Shown piece by piece: positions 8,503-17,882 of a stretch of 64,000 nt of DNA. Position numbers and translations under genes: made by a program. Source of the DNA: Vicinamibacterales bacterium (GTDB lineage: Bacteria; Acidobacteriota; Vicinamibacteria; Vicinamibacterales; JAENWD01); assembly GCA_036381155.1 (NCBI GenBank), contig DASVDJ010000035.1, positions 137,755 through 201,754 of the forward strand, given 5' to 3'. Below the pieces are notes generated by a model. It made no database searches. It was given only the letters and a program-made list of their open reading frames with translations, and had not been told where the DNA came from. The first letter of the stretch is position 1, and each line of letters starts with the position of its first letter.

Positions 8503-8519
8503 TGGCACGGACATTGAGC
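8503..8519 (+). promoter_or_regulatory. Sigma-54 (-24/-12)-like promoter candidate upstream of the HlyD/ABC/EBP operon
   Basis: TGGCACGGACATTGAGC matches TGGCACG-N4-TTGC except that the -12 GC reads GA. It ends 69 nt upstream of the ATG at 8588, and the operon it would drive encodes its own sigma-54 EBP. Confidence 0.3.
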
Positions 8520-8587
8520 TACTCCGTCGCGGGACGGGCCCGCCGGCCGTGTCCCGGGGTTCTCGCGTCTGAGTCGATCGGAACAGC

Positions 8588-9856
8588 ATGGATATTCAGC
8601 GTTCACCAGAGATCGCCCGCCGCAAGAAGATGCGGCGCGTGCTTTTCAGCGTGCTGGCCCTCGTGGCGGCGGTGCTCGTCACGGTCGGGCTCGCCCAGCT
8701 GAAACCGGCCGCGCCGACCGTCGAACGCGGCACCACGTGGCGGGAAACGGTGAAGCGCGGCCCGATGCTTCGCCAGGTCCGGGGCCCCGGCACGCTCGTG
8801 CCCGAAGACATCCGCTGGATCACGGCCCAGACCGAAGCCACCGTCGAGCGCATCGTCACGCTGCCCGGCGCGGTGGTGAAGCCGGACACCGTCATCCTCG
8901 AGCTCAGCGACAGCCGCGTCCAGCAGGAGCTGCTCGATGCCGAGCTCGCGCTGGAAGCGGCGGAAGCCGACCTGGCCAGCCTTCGCGTGCGGCTGAAGAA
9001 CGAGCTGCTGGAGCAGCAGTCGCAGGCGGCCAACATCCAGGCGCTCTACCATCAGGCGAAGATCACGGCCGAGGCCAACGAGCAGCTGCTCGCCGAGGGG
9101 CTCCAGTCGGCCGTGACCACGCGCATCTCGCGCGTCGAGGCCGAGGAGCTCGCGAACCGGCACCGCATCGAGCAGGAACGGCTCGCGATTCGCGCGGGCT
9201 CGGCGGAGGCGCAGCTTGCCGCGGAGGAAGCCCGCGTCGCGCAGCGGCGCGCCCTCTACGAGCTGCGCCGCGCGCACGCCGAGGCGCTGCGCGTGCGCGC
9301 GGGGATCGAGGGGGTACTCCAGGTCGTGCCGGTGCAGGTCGGCGAACGGGTGGCCGCCGGCGCAAACCTGTGCCGCGTGGCGGTACCGGGGCGGTTGAAG
9401 GCGGAGCTCCGCATTCCGGAGACCCAGGCGCGGGACATCGAGATCGGCCAGCTGGCCATCGTCGACACGCGCAACGGGGTCGTCGAAGGACGCGTGTCGC
9501 GCATCGACCCCGCGGCGCAGAACGGCACCGTGCTGGTCGATGTCAAGTTCGAAGGCCCCCTGCCGCGCGGGGCGCGTCCCGACCTGAGCGTCGACGGGAC
9601 GATCGAGCTCGAGCGGCTGACCGACGTGCTCCATGTCGGACGGCCCGCGTTCGGCCAGGAGCACGGCACGATCAGCCTGTTCAAGATCACCGAGGGGACG
9701 TGCGAGCTGCCGGAGGAGGCCGAGCGCGTGACCGTGCAGCTCGGACGCATGTCGGTGAACCACGTCGAGATTCTGTCCGGTCTCAACGAAGGGGATTGCG
9801 TGATTCTGTCGGACATGTCGGCCTGGGACGGGCGCGATCGCGTCCGTCTGCGGTAG
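8588..9856 (+). CDS. HlyD/MacA-family periplasmic adaptor (membrane fusion protein)
   Basis: 422 aa. N-terminal membrane anchor (VLFSVLALVAAVLVTVGL). Long coiled-coil segment (LDAELALEAAEADLASLRVRLKNELLEQQSQ...). C-terminal beta-barrel-like region. Confidence 0.9.
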   Translation: MDIQRSPEIARRKKMRRVLFSVLALVAAVLVTVGLAQLKPAAPTVERGTTWRETVKRGPMLRQVRGPGTLVPEDIRWITAQTEATVERIVTLPGAVVKPDTVILELSDSRVQQELLDAELALEAAEADLASLRVRLKNELLEQQSQAANIQALYHQAKITAEANEQLLAEGLQSAVTTRISRVEAEELANRHRIEQERLAIRAGSAEAQLAAEEARVAQRRALYELRRAHAEALRVRAGIEGVLQVVPVQVGERVAAGANLCRVAVPGRLKAELRIPETQARDIEIGQLAIVDTRNGVVEGRVSRIDPAAQNGTVLVDVKFEGPLPRGARPDLSVDGTIELERLTDVLHVGRPAFGQEHGTISLFKITEGTCELPEEAERVTVQLGRMSVNHVEILSGLNEGDCVILSDMSAWDGRDRVRLR

Positions 9857-9879
9857 GTTTCCAGTCACGAGGAGCGTTC

Positions 9880-10587
9880 ATGAGCACCCCGTCAGACGTG
9901 CTGATCCGGCTCGAGGGCGTCACCAAGGTCTTCTACACCGATGAGGTCGAGACCCACGCGCTCTCCGGCATCCATCTCGAGATCCGCCACGGCGAGTACA
10001 TCGCCATCGCCGGCCCGTCGGGCTGCGGCAAGTCCACGCTGCTGTCGATCCTCGGGTTGCTCGACACGCCGACCGAGGGCACGTACATGCTGAACGGCCG
10101 GCCCGTGGCGAACCTGACGGCCTCCGAGCGCGCCCGGACACGCAATCGCGAGATCGGGTTCATCTTCCAGAGCTTCAACCTCATCGGCGATCTCACTGTC
10201 TACGAGAACGTCGAGCTGCCGCTGACGTATCGCGGCATGCGTCCCGCCGAGCGGCGGCAGCGCGTGGAGGAAGCGCTCGAGAAGGTGGGCATGGCGCACC
10301 GCGCGCGGCATCTTCCCAGCCAGCTGTCGGGCGGCCAGCAGCAGCGCGTCGCCGTCGCGCGCGCCGTGGCGGGCAATCCGTCGATCCTCCTCGCCGACGA
10401 GCCGACCGGAAACCTCGATTCGAAGAACGGCGAGGCGGTGATGGCGCTGCTGCAGGAGCTGCACCGTGGCGGCGCGACGATCGCGATGGTCACGCACGAT
10501 CCCCGCTACGCCCGCCATGCCGATCGCAGCATCCACCTGTTCGACGGCCGGATCGTCGAAGAGAACGTGATCGAAGGCGTCGTCTGA
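9880..10587 (+). CDS. ABC transporter ATP-binding protein, MacB/LolD type, no fused permease
   Basis: In frame within track ORF 8737..10587, with ATG at 9880 (MSTPSDVLIRLEGVTKVF). Walker A GPSGCGKST, Q-loop IFQSF, signature LSGGQQQRVAVARA, Walker B/D-loop LLADEPTGNLD, H-loop VTHD. 235 aa. Confidence 0.95.
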   Translation: MSTPSDVLIRLEGVTKVFYTDEVETHALSGIHLEIRHGEYIAIAGPSGCGKSTLLSILGLLDTPTEGTYMLNGRPVANLTASERARTRNREIGFIFQSFNLIGDLTVYENVELPLTYRGMRPAERRQRVEEALEKVGMAHRARHLPSQLSGGQQQRVAVARAVAGNPSILLADEPTGNLDSKNGEAVMALLQELHRGGATIAMVTHDPRYARHADRSIHLFDGRIVEENVIEGVV

Positions 10588-10717
10588 GCCGCCGGCGATC
10601 GCAGGTTGCCGGGGAGCTGCGGTCCGCCGCCGGCTCCGCCGGCCTGCATCCCGCCATCCTGTACCATTGAGGCGTTCGCGACCGCCCCGGCGGCGGTCGC
10701 GACGGCCATGCCGCACG

Positions 10718-11391
<674 letters not shown>

Positions 11392-11392
<1 letters not shown>

Positions 11393-12807
11393 TGAGCGCC
11401 GATTCCGCGTCCGCTCCGCCGCGGGCGCCGGCTGCGCCCGACGTCCTGGCACGCGCGCGCATCCTGATCGCCGACGACCAGCCGGACGTGCTGCAGGCCC
11501 TGCGGCTGCTGCTGAAGGCGGAAGGCTGCGAGATCGAGACGGCAGCGTCGCCCGGCGCCGTGCTCGCCGCGGTGGAGGCACGCGACTTCGACGCCGCCAT
11601 CATCGACCTGAACTACGCCCGCGACACGACGTCCGGCGAGGAAGGCCTGTCGCTGCTCTCCCGCCTCCAGGCCATCGACGCGAGCATGCCCGTCGTCGTG
11701 ATGACCGCCTGGGGCACGGTGGACCTGGCGGTCGAAGCCATGCGCCGTGGCGCGCGCGACTTCATCCAGAAGCCCTGGGACAACGAGCGCGTCCTCGCCG
11801 TCGTGCGCACGCAGGTCGAGCTGGCGCGAGCCCTGCGTCGCAGCCAGCGGCTCGAGGCCGAGAACCGCGCGCTGCGGGATCAGAGCGCCGTGCGCACGAA
11901 GCTCATCGCCGAGTCGGCGGCGATGCGGCCGGTGCTCGAGCTGATCGAGCGCGTCGGGCCGTCGGATGCGAACGTGCTCGTCACCGGCGACAACGGGACC
12001 GGCAAGGGAACGGTCGCGCAGGCGCTGCACGCGGTCTCGGCGCGGGCGAACCGGCCGTTCGTGACCGTGAACGTCGGCGGGCTGTCGGAGGGCCTGTTCG
12101 AGAGCGAGCTGTTCGGGCACGTCAAGGGCGCGTTCACCGACGCCAAGACGGATCGCGTGGGCCGCTTCGAGCTGGCCGAAGGGGGCACGCTCTTCCTCGA
12201 CGAGATCGCGAACCTCTCTCCCGGTCTGCAGGCGAAGCTGCTGCGCGTGCTCGAGACCGGGGAGTTCGAGCGGGTCGGGTCGTCGCGCACGCGCCGCGCG
12301 AACGTGCGCATCATCTCGGCGACCAACGCCGACCTGCAGGCGGACGTCGCCGCCGGCCGCTTCCGGCAGGACCTGCTCTTCCGCCTCAACACGATCGAGA
12401 TCGCCCTGCCGCCCCTGCGCGACCGCCGCGAGGACATCCCGCTGCTCGCGCGGCACTTCCTGACGCAGCATGCCCGCCGTTATCGCAAGGCCATCGACGG
12501 CTTCGACGCCGCGGCGATGCAGCTGCTGCTCGATCACCCGTGGCCGGGCAACGTCCGCGAGCTCGATCACGCGGTGGAGCGCGCGGTGCTGATGGCGCAG
12601 GGCAGCCAGATCCAGCCGCGCGACCTCGGCCTGCGCAGCTCCCGGGACGCCGCGCCGCGCATCGAGGACATGAGCCTCGAGGAAGTCGAGGGGTTCCTGA
12701 TCCGCAAGGCCCTGGCCCGCTACGGCGGCAACGTGAGCCACGCGGCGCGCGCGCTGGGCCTGAGCCGCAGCGCGCTCTACCGCCGCCTCCAGCGGCACGG
12801 ACTCTGA
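11392..12807 (+). CDS. Sigma-54-dependent response regulator (NtrC family) with GAFTDA loop variant
   Basis: 471 aa. REC domain (ILIADDQPDV, IIDLNYARD). Walker A GDNGTGKG. ELFGHVKGAFTDA (GAFTGA variant). C-terminal HTH (GNVSHAARALGLSRSALYRRL). Confidence 0.95.
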
Positions 12808-12892
12808 CCGGGCCGCGCCGGACGGCCGTGATTTGACGGACTCTCTCCCGTCGGCGCACGCTGTCTCCCGGCCCCCTGCCGGCCGCGATGCG

Positions 12893-14230
12893 ATGCCCCC
12901 GCTCCGCGCCCGTCTGAATCGCTGGCTCACCCACGACCGCCGCGTTCTGCTGCTCGCGCTCGCCTCGGGTCTGCCCGGCACGGTCATCGCGCTCGTCCTG
13001 CTCTGGGGCGGCGATTTCAGCGGCAAGGTGCGCTGGACGCTCACGCTCTTCATCGTCGCGCTCTGGTGGGGCGTCTCCTTCGCGCTGCGCGACCGCGTCG
13101 TCTACCCGCTGCAGACCCTGTCGAACCTGCTGGCCGCGCTCCGCGAGGAGGACTTCTCGATCCGCGCGCGCGGGCAGCGCCGCGACGATCCGCTGGGCGA
13201 GGTGCTCATCGAGATGAACGCGCTCGCGGATACGCTGCGCGAGCAGCGGCTCGGCGCCCTCGAAGCGACCACACTTCTCCGGGCCGTCATGGAGGAGATT
13301 CCCGTCGCCGTGTTCGCCTTCGATCCGGAGCGCCGCCTGCGTCTCGTGAACCGGGCCGGAGAGCGCCTCCTCGCCCGCCCCTCCGAGCGCCTGCTCGGAC
13401 GGTCCGCCGGCGAGCTCGGGCTGGCGGCGTGCCTGACCGGCGAGCTCCACACGAGCGTCAGTCTGACGTTTCCCGGCGGCACGGGCCGGTGGGAGGTGCG
13501 CACGGGACACTTCCGCCAGGGCGGCGTCCGCATGGAGCTGCTCGTGCTGACGGATGTCAGCCGCGCGCTGCGTGATGAAGAGCGCCAGGCCTGGCAGCGG
13601 CTGATACGCGTCATCGGACACGAGATCAACAACTCGCTGGCGCCCATCAAGTCGATCGCCCACAGCCTCGACCGGCTGCTCGCCAGGGACCCGAAGCCGG
13701 CCGACTGGGAAGCCGACGTGCGGGGCGGCCTGCAGATCATCAGCGGCCGCGCCGACGCGCTCGGCCGCTTCACCGCCGCGTACGCGCAGCTGGCCCGCCT
13801 GCCCGCTCCGAAGCTGCGCCCCGTCGCGCTGCACGACCTCGTCGCCCGCGTCGCCGGCATCGAGCGGCGGCTGCGCGTCCAGGTCGAGAGCGGACCGCCG
13901 GTGACGGTCGACGCCGATCCCGATCAGCTCGAACAGCTCCTGATCAACCTGATTCGCAACGCCGTCGACGCGGCCCTGACGACGGGAGGCGGTGTCGCCG
14001 TGAGCTGGACGGCCGCCGACGGCCACGTGCGCGTGCTCGTCGACGACGAAGGGCCCGGCGTTTCCAACCCGGCGAACCTCTTCGTGCCGTTCTTCACGAC
14101 CAAGCCGGGAGGGTCCGGCATCGGACTCGTGCTGTGCCGTCAGATTGCCGAAGCACACGGCGGCGCCGTGACGCTCGTCAATCGATCGCCCGCCCCCGGC
14201 TGCCGCGCGGAGCTGGTGCTGCCCATCTAG
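12893..14230 (+). CDS. Membrane sensor histidine kinase (2 TM + HAMP + PAS + HisKA + HATPase_c)
   Basis: The track ORF starts at TTG 12833. I prefer the ATG at 12893 (MPPLRARLNRW...). Two hydrophobic segments, HAMP-like linker, PAS-like region. H-box IGHEINNSLAPI, N-box LINLIRNAVDA, G-boxes DDEGPGV and GSGIGLVL. The start is uncertain by 60 nt. Confidence 0.85.
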   Translation: MPPLRARLNRWLTHDRRVLLLALASGLPGTVIALVLLWGGDFSGKVRWTLTLFIVALWWGVSFALRDRVVYPLQTLSNLLAALREEDFSIRARGQRRDDPLGEVLIEMNALADTLREQRLGALEATTLLRAVMEEIPVAVFAFDPERRLRLVNRAGERLLARPSERLLGRSAGELGLAACLTGELHTSVSLTFPGGTGRWEVRTGHFRQGGVRMELLVLTDVSRALRDEERQAWQRLIRVIGHEINNSLAPIKSIAHSLDRLLARDPKPADWEADVRGGLQIISGRADALGRFTAAYAQLARLPAPKLRPVALHDLVARVAGIERRLRVQVESGPPVTVDADPDQLEQLLINLIRNAVDAALTTGGGVAVSWTAADGHVRVLVDDEGPGVSNPANLFVPFFTTKPGGSGIGLVLCRQIAEAHGGAVTLVNRSPAPGCRAELVLPI

Positions 14231-14282
14231 CAGCCGCTCGCCGCTCGTCGACGATCCGGTCGGGTCGCCGCGACGCGCGCGT

Positions 14283-14621
14283 CTACCAGTGGACGATGAA
14301 GATCAGATAGGACCAGGGCAGGACGGCGCAGGACAGGTACAACAGCGTCAGCAGCCCGAGCGTGCGATGGAGGCCGAGCAGGTGCAGCGCCATCGCGCAG
14401 ATGACGGCGAGGACCTTCGCGGCGGTCAGGCTCACACCGAGTCCGTGCTCGCGGATGTAGTGCGCGATGAGCGGGTTCCCTTCCGACAGACCGAACGACG
14501 AGATCCCGAGGTAGGTGAACGCGCCGTCGAGGACCTGCGCGATCAGGAACAGGACGATGACGAAGTTGCCGAACAGTCCGGACGAAGGTGCGGGGACGTT
14601 GGGGGGTTCGGAAGCGCTCAC
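14283..14621 (-). CDS. Small integral membrane protein (about 4 TM; DUF5658-like D-x3-T...E-G-N-P motif, from memory)
   Basis: 112 aa with ordinary membrane-protein composition. Motif LDGAFTYLGISSFGLSEGNPLIAHYI. Four hydrophobic stretches. Confidence 0.6.
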   Translation of the reverse strand: MSASEPPNVPAPSSGLFGNFVIVLFLIAQVLDGAFTYLGISSFGLSEGNPLIAHYIREHGLGVSLTAAKVLAVICAMALHLLGLHRTLGLLTLLYLSCAVLPWSYLIFIVHW

Positions 14622-14660
14622 CTGGAATCTCCGGCGGGCGCGAGCGACTGACCTGGTCCG

Positions 14661-14888
14661 TCAGACCTGCGCGGTCTCAGGGCTCCCCGGCACGACGCGA
14701 CGCAGCAGCGGAGCCGGCAGCCCGTAAACCAGGAAGGTGCCGTACTGCCCCATGATCCAGGCCGTCACCGCAATCCCCGCGGCGAGGAACAGGAGCCGGG
14801 CTCCCCGCCGGACCCACAGGCGGACATCGATCGCCGGGACGTCCGTGCGTCCGAGTGTGAGTTGGGGTGCCGCGATCGTTGCCTGCAT
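14661..14888 (-). CDS. Hypothetical small single-pass membrane protein
   Basis: 75 aa, ATG start. One hydrophobic helix (LLFLAAGIAVTAWIMGQYGTFLVYGL). Same strand as the DUF5658-like gene and 39 nt upstream of it. No recognisable motif. Confidence 0.35.
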   Translation of the reverse strand: MQATIAAPQLTLGRTDVPAIDVRLWVRRGARLLFLAAGIAVTAWIMGQYGTFLVYGLPAPLLRRVVPGSPETAQV

Positions 14889-15224
14889 CCTGTGTGCTCC
14901 TCAGCGAATCCGTAATCGCGCTGGCCGATTCCGTCAGTCGAACGCCTTTCGACGAGGCAAGGGACGTGCCCGGACTGACGGTTTCGTCGGCCGGGCTTAC
15001 AGTCCTGTCCAAGTCGCTGGTGCCGTTGATTTTGTCCGATTACCACTCTGGAGGGGAAGCCCGGAGGCCGTCCACGGGTAGACTGGCAGTCTGGCCTTCG
15101 GGTGACGTTTTGTCTGCCGCGGCGCAGATTTCGGCGGTGCTCGCGGTGGACGACGGCGCAGCCGGAGGCGCTCGGATTACAGAATTGTCAGCCGGCGACG
15201 AGCTTTGTTCGCAGACCAGGAGCG

Positions 15225-15473
15225 ATGCGGGAACGGCAGGTGGACGGCTTCTCGGAACCGGCGGTGCTCTGGCGGCTGCGGCGCGGCCGCGACGAAGCCC
15301 GGGCGACCGTCATCCCCGGCTCGCCGGTCAGCACGCTGGTCTTCCTCGTGAACGACGAGCTCGATCGGGGCGAGAACTACGACGCGCTCGACGCGATGCT
15401 GGCACGGGCCGAGGAGGTCCGCCGCGAGCTGCTGGATCAGGGGTGGCGGCCGGTCGAGCCGGATCCGGACTGA
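15225..15473 (+). CDS. Hypothetical protein (82 aa)
   Basis: Trimmed from track ORF 15102..15473 to the ATG at 15225, which is preceded by AGGAG. Balanced composition (VLWRLRRGRDEARATVIPGSPVSTLVFLVNDELDRGENYDALD...). No family recognised. Confidence 0.4.
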   Translation: MRERQVDGFSEPAVLWRLRRGRDEARATVIPGSPVSTLVFLVNDELDRGENYDALDAMLARAEEVRRELLDQGWRPVEPDPD

Positions 15474-15481
15474 CCCGCCGG

Positions 15482-15841
15482 TCAGGCCCCTTCCGGTTCG
15501 TCGTTGCCGGAACGGTCGTCGGTGAGCGGCGGCAGGCCGGTCAGGCGGCCGGCGCCGGCACGCAGCCCGACGAGATACGCGGCATGCTCGTAGCGTTCGT
15601 GGTGCCGGCAGATCGCCTGGAAGAGCTCTCGCAGCAGCGGCCGATCCTCGGGCCGCAGCCGCTGCTCCACGCGGGCGTACAGCTCCTGGTAGGCGGCCAT
15701 CGAGGCAGCCACGTCGACGAGCTTGCCGACCTGCGCGTCGATGTGGGCGCCCACTTCCTCGTAGCGGGGGAAGCGCTGCCAGTCGGGCTGGCCGGCAGGC
15801 CTGATCGGTGCAGAACGGGGAAACCGGATCACATCAGCCAT
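15482..15841 (-). CDS. Hypothetical protein (119 aa)
   Basis: ATG at 15841 with GGAG 6 nt upstream. Helical-looking, non-biased sequence (YEEVGAHIDAQVGKLVDVAASMAAYQELYARVEQRL...). No family recognised. Confidence 0.5.
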   Translation of the reverse strand: MADVIRFPRSAPIRPAGQPDWQRFPRYEEVGAHIDAQVGKLVDVAASMAAYQELYARVEQRLRPEDRPLLRELFQAICRHHERYEHAAYLVGLRAGAGRLTGLPPLTDDRSGNDEPEGA

Positions 15842-15923
15842 CGGCAGCTCCGCGCCCCTATGCTACCTCAGCCGGTTGTCTCGCGCAGCCGGCGAGCCGG
15901 CTCGTCCGTGATAGAAATGGAAA

Positions 15924-17276
15924 ATGGCTTCACCTCTGGCATCCCCGCCGTCAGCCCCGCCTGACGAACAGCAGTGGGCGGGCCATCCCCGCGGCCTCGC
16001 CACGCTGTTCATGACGGAGATGTGGGAACGCTTCAGCTACTACGGCATGCGGGCGTTCCTGATTCTTTACATGACGGCGCCGGCGATGACCGGCGGGCTG
16101 GGCCTCACCGTCGCGGACGCCGCCTCGATTTACGGCACCTACACGGGCAGCGCCTGGGGCGCCGCCATCCTCGGCGGCATCATCGCCGATCGGTATCTCG
16201 GCGCCTACTACGCCGTCCTGCTCGGCGGCATCGTCATCGCGCTGGGGCACTTCACCCTCGCCTTCGAGTGGATCGGGTTCTTCTACGCGGGCCTGGTGCT
16301 GATCGTGGTCGGCACCGGCCTGCTGAAGCCGAACGTCAGCACCCTGGTGGGCGCGCTCTACCGCGAGGGGGACCCGAGGCGCGACGCCGGGTTCTCGGTG
16401 TTCTACATGGGGATCAACCTCGGCGCGCTCCTCGGCCCGCTCGTGGCCGGGTATCTGGCGCAGCGCGTCGACTGGCACGTCGGCTTCGCCGCGGCCGGTG
16501 TCGGCATGGCGCTGGGCCTCGCGCAGTACACACTGGGCAGGCGCCACCTGGCCGCTGCGATCGCGCGGATCAGCGCGCGCCCGTCACGCACGCCGGCCGC
16601 CGCGGCGCCCGCGGCCAACGCGGCGCCCGAGGCGTCCGAGTGGAAGCGGATCCTCGCGGTCGTGATCTTCTTCGCCTTCGCGTCGCTGTTCTGGGGCGCG
16701 TACGAACAGGCTGGATCGACGCTCAATCTCTTCGCGGACCGCTACACGCGCCTCGAGCTGTTCGGCTTCGAGTTCCCCTCCTCCTGGTTCCAGTCGGTGC
16801 AGCCGATCTTCGTGATCATCCTGGCGCCGACGTTCGCCTGGCTCTGGGTGAAGCTCGGCCCGCGCGAGCCGTCGAGCCCCGCGAAGTTCGCGCTCGGCCT
16901 GCTCTTCGCCGGCCTCGCTTTCCTCCTCCTCGTGCCCGCCGGCGCGCTCGCGCAGAGCGCCGAAGGGGTGCGCGTCAGCCCGTGGTGGCTCATCGGCGCC
17001 TACTTCGTCACGGAGCTCGGCGAGCTCTGTCTGAGCCCGGTCGGTCTGAGCCTCGTGACGAAGATCTCGCCGGTCCGGTTCGTCGGCATGATGATGGGCG
17101 TGTGGTTCCTCTCGAACGCCGCCGGCAACAAGCTCGCCGGGTGGGCCGCCGGGTTCCTGGAGACGATGCCCCTCGCGGAGCTCTTCGGCACCGTGGCGGC
17201 CATCTCGCTCGTCGCCGCGGCCGTGCTGTTCGCGCTGATCAGGCCCATTCGAGGGTTGATGGGCGGCGTGCGCTGA
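15924..17276 (+). CDS. Proton-dependent oligopeptide transporter (POT/PTR2 family di-/tripeptide permease)
   Basis: 450 aa. N-terminal signature GHPRGLATLFMTEMWERFSYYGMRAFLILYM. Multiple TM segments throughout. Confidence 0.95.
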   Translation: MASPLASPPSAPPDEQQWAGHPRGLATLFMTEMWERFSYYGMRAFLILYMTAPAMTGGLGLTVADAASIYGTYTGSAWGAAILGGIIADRYLGAYYAVLLGGIVIALGHFTLAFEWIGFFYAGLVLIVVGTGLLKPNVSTLVGALYREGDPRRDAGFSVFYMGINLGALLGPLVAGYLAQRVDWHVGFAAAGVGMALGLAQYTLGRRHLAAAIARISARPSRTPAAAAPAANAAPEASEWKRILAVVIFFAFASLFWGAYEQAGSTLNLFADRYTRLELFGFEFPSSWFQSVQPIFVIILAPTFAWLWVKLGPREPSSPAKFALGLLFAGLAFLLLVPAGALAQSAEGVRVSPWWLIGAYFVTELGELCLSPVGLSLVTKISPVRFVGMMMGVWFLSNAAGNKLAGWAAGFLETMPLAELFGTVAAISLVAAAVLFALIRPIRGLMGGVR

Positions 17277-17426
17277 GTCACGTTCGACTCGACGCCGCCC
17301 ATCGTCACACTCCCGTCCTCCTCGTGGCTGTTCCGGGTCCGCACGCCCTCCAGGCGGACCCGCTGCCGGCAGTCTGCTATAGTCCGCGCGCGCAGGTGTC
17401 GCCAGACGTCCCGGCAGGAGGAGATC

Positions 17427-17882
17427 ATGCGTGCAACGCGCCCGGTGGGACTGGCCCTCGTTGTCGTCGCGGCGGGAGCAGCCGGATTGCTCGCCGCCCA
17501 GTCAGACGGGCTGCTGATGAAGTCGGCCGTGTTCCTCTGGGAGGCGACACCACCCGTGCCGACCGCCCAGGGGGCCGTGCGCCGGGTGTTCCGGGCGCCG
17601 ACGGCGACGCTCGACGAGCTCGAGTACCACGTCACCACGCTCGATCCCGGCAAGTCCCCTCACCCGCCGCACACGCATCCCAACGAAGAGATCATCATCG
17701 TCAAGGACGGCAGCGTCGAGGCGTGGGTCAACGGCGAGTGGATGCCGGTCTCGACAGGATCGCTGATCTTCTTCGCCTCGAACGTGCCGCACACCGTGCG
17801 CAACACGGGTACCACACCGGCCACGTATCACGTCGTCAACTGGCGATCGCCAGGCGGGGCGCGGAGCGGAGGTGAGCGGTGA
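17427..17882 (+). CDS. Exported cupin-domain protein
   Basis: 151 aa. GGAGGAG Shine-Dalgarno sequence before the ATG. Signal peptide (VGLALVVVAAGAAGLLAAQ). Cupin metal motif HTHPNEE ... VPHTVRN. Confidence 0.85.
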   Translation: MRATRPVGLALVVVAAGAAGLLAAQSDGLLMKSAVFLWEATPPVPTAQGAVRRVFRAPTATLDELEYHVTTLDPGKSPHPPHTHPNEEIIIVKDGSVEAWVNGEWMPVSTGSLIFFASNVPHTVRNTGTTPATYHVVNWRSPGGARSGGER

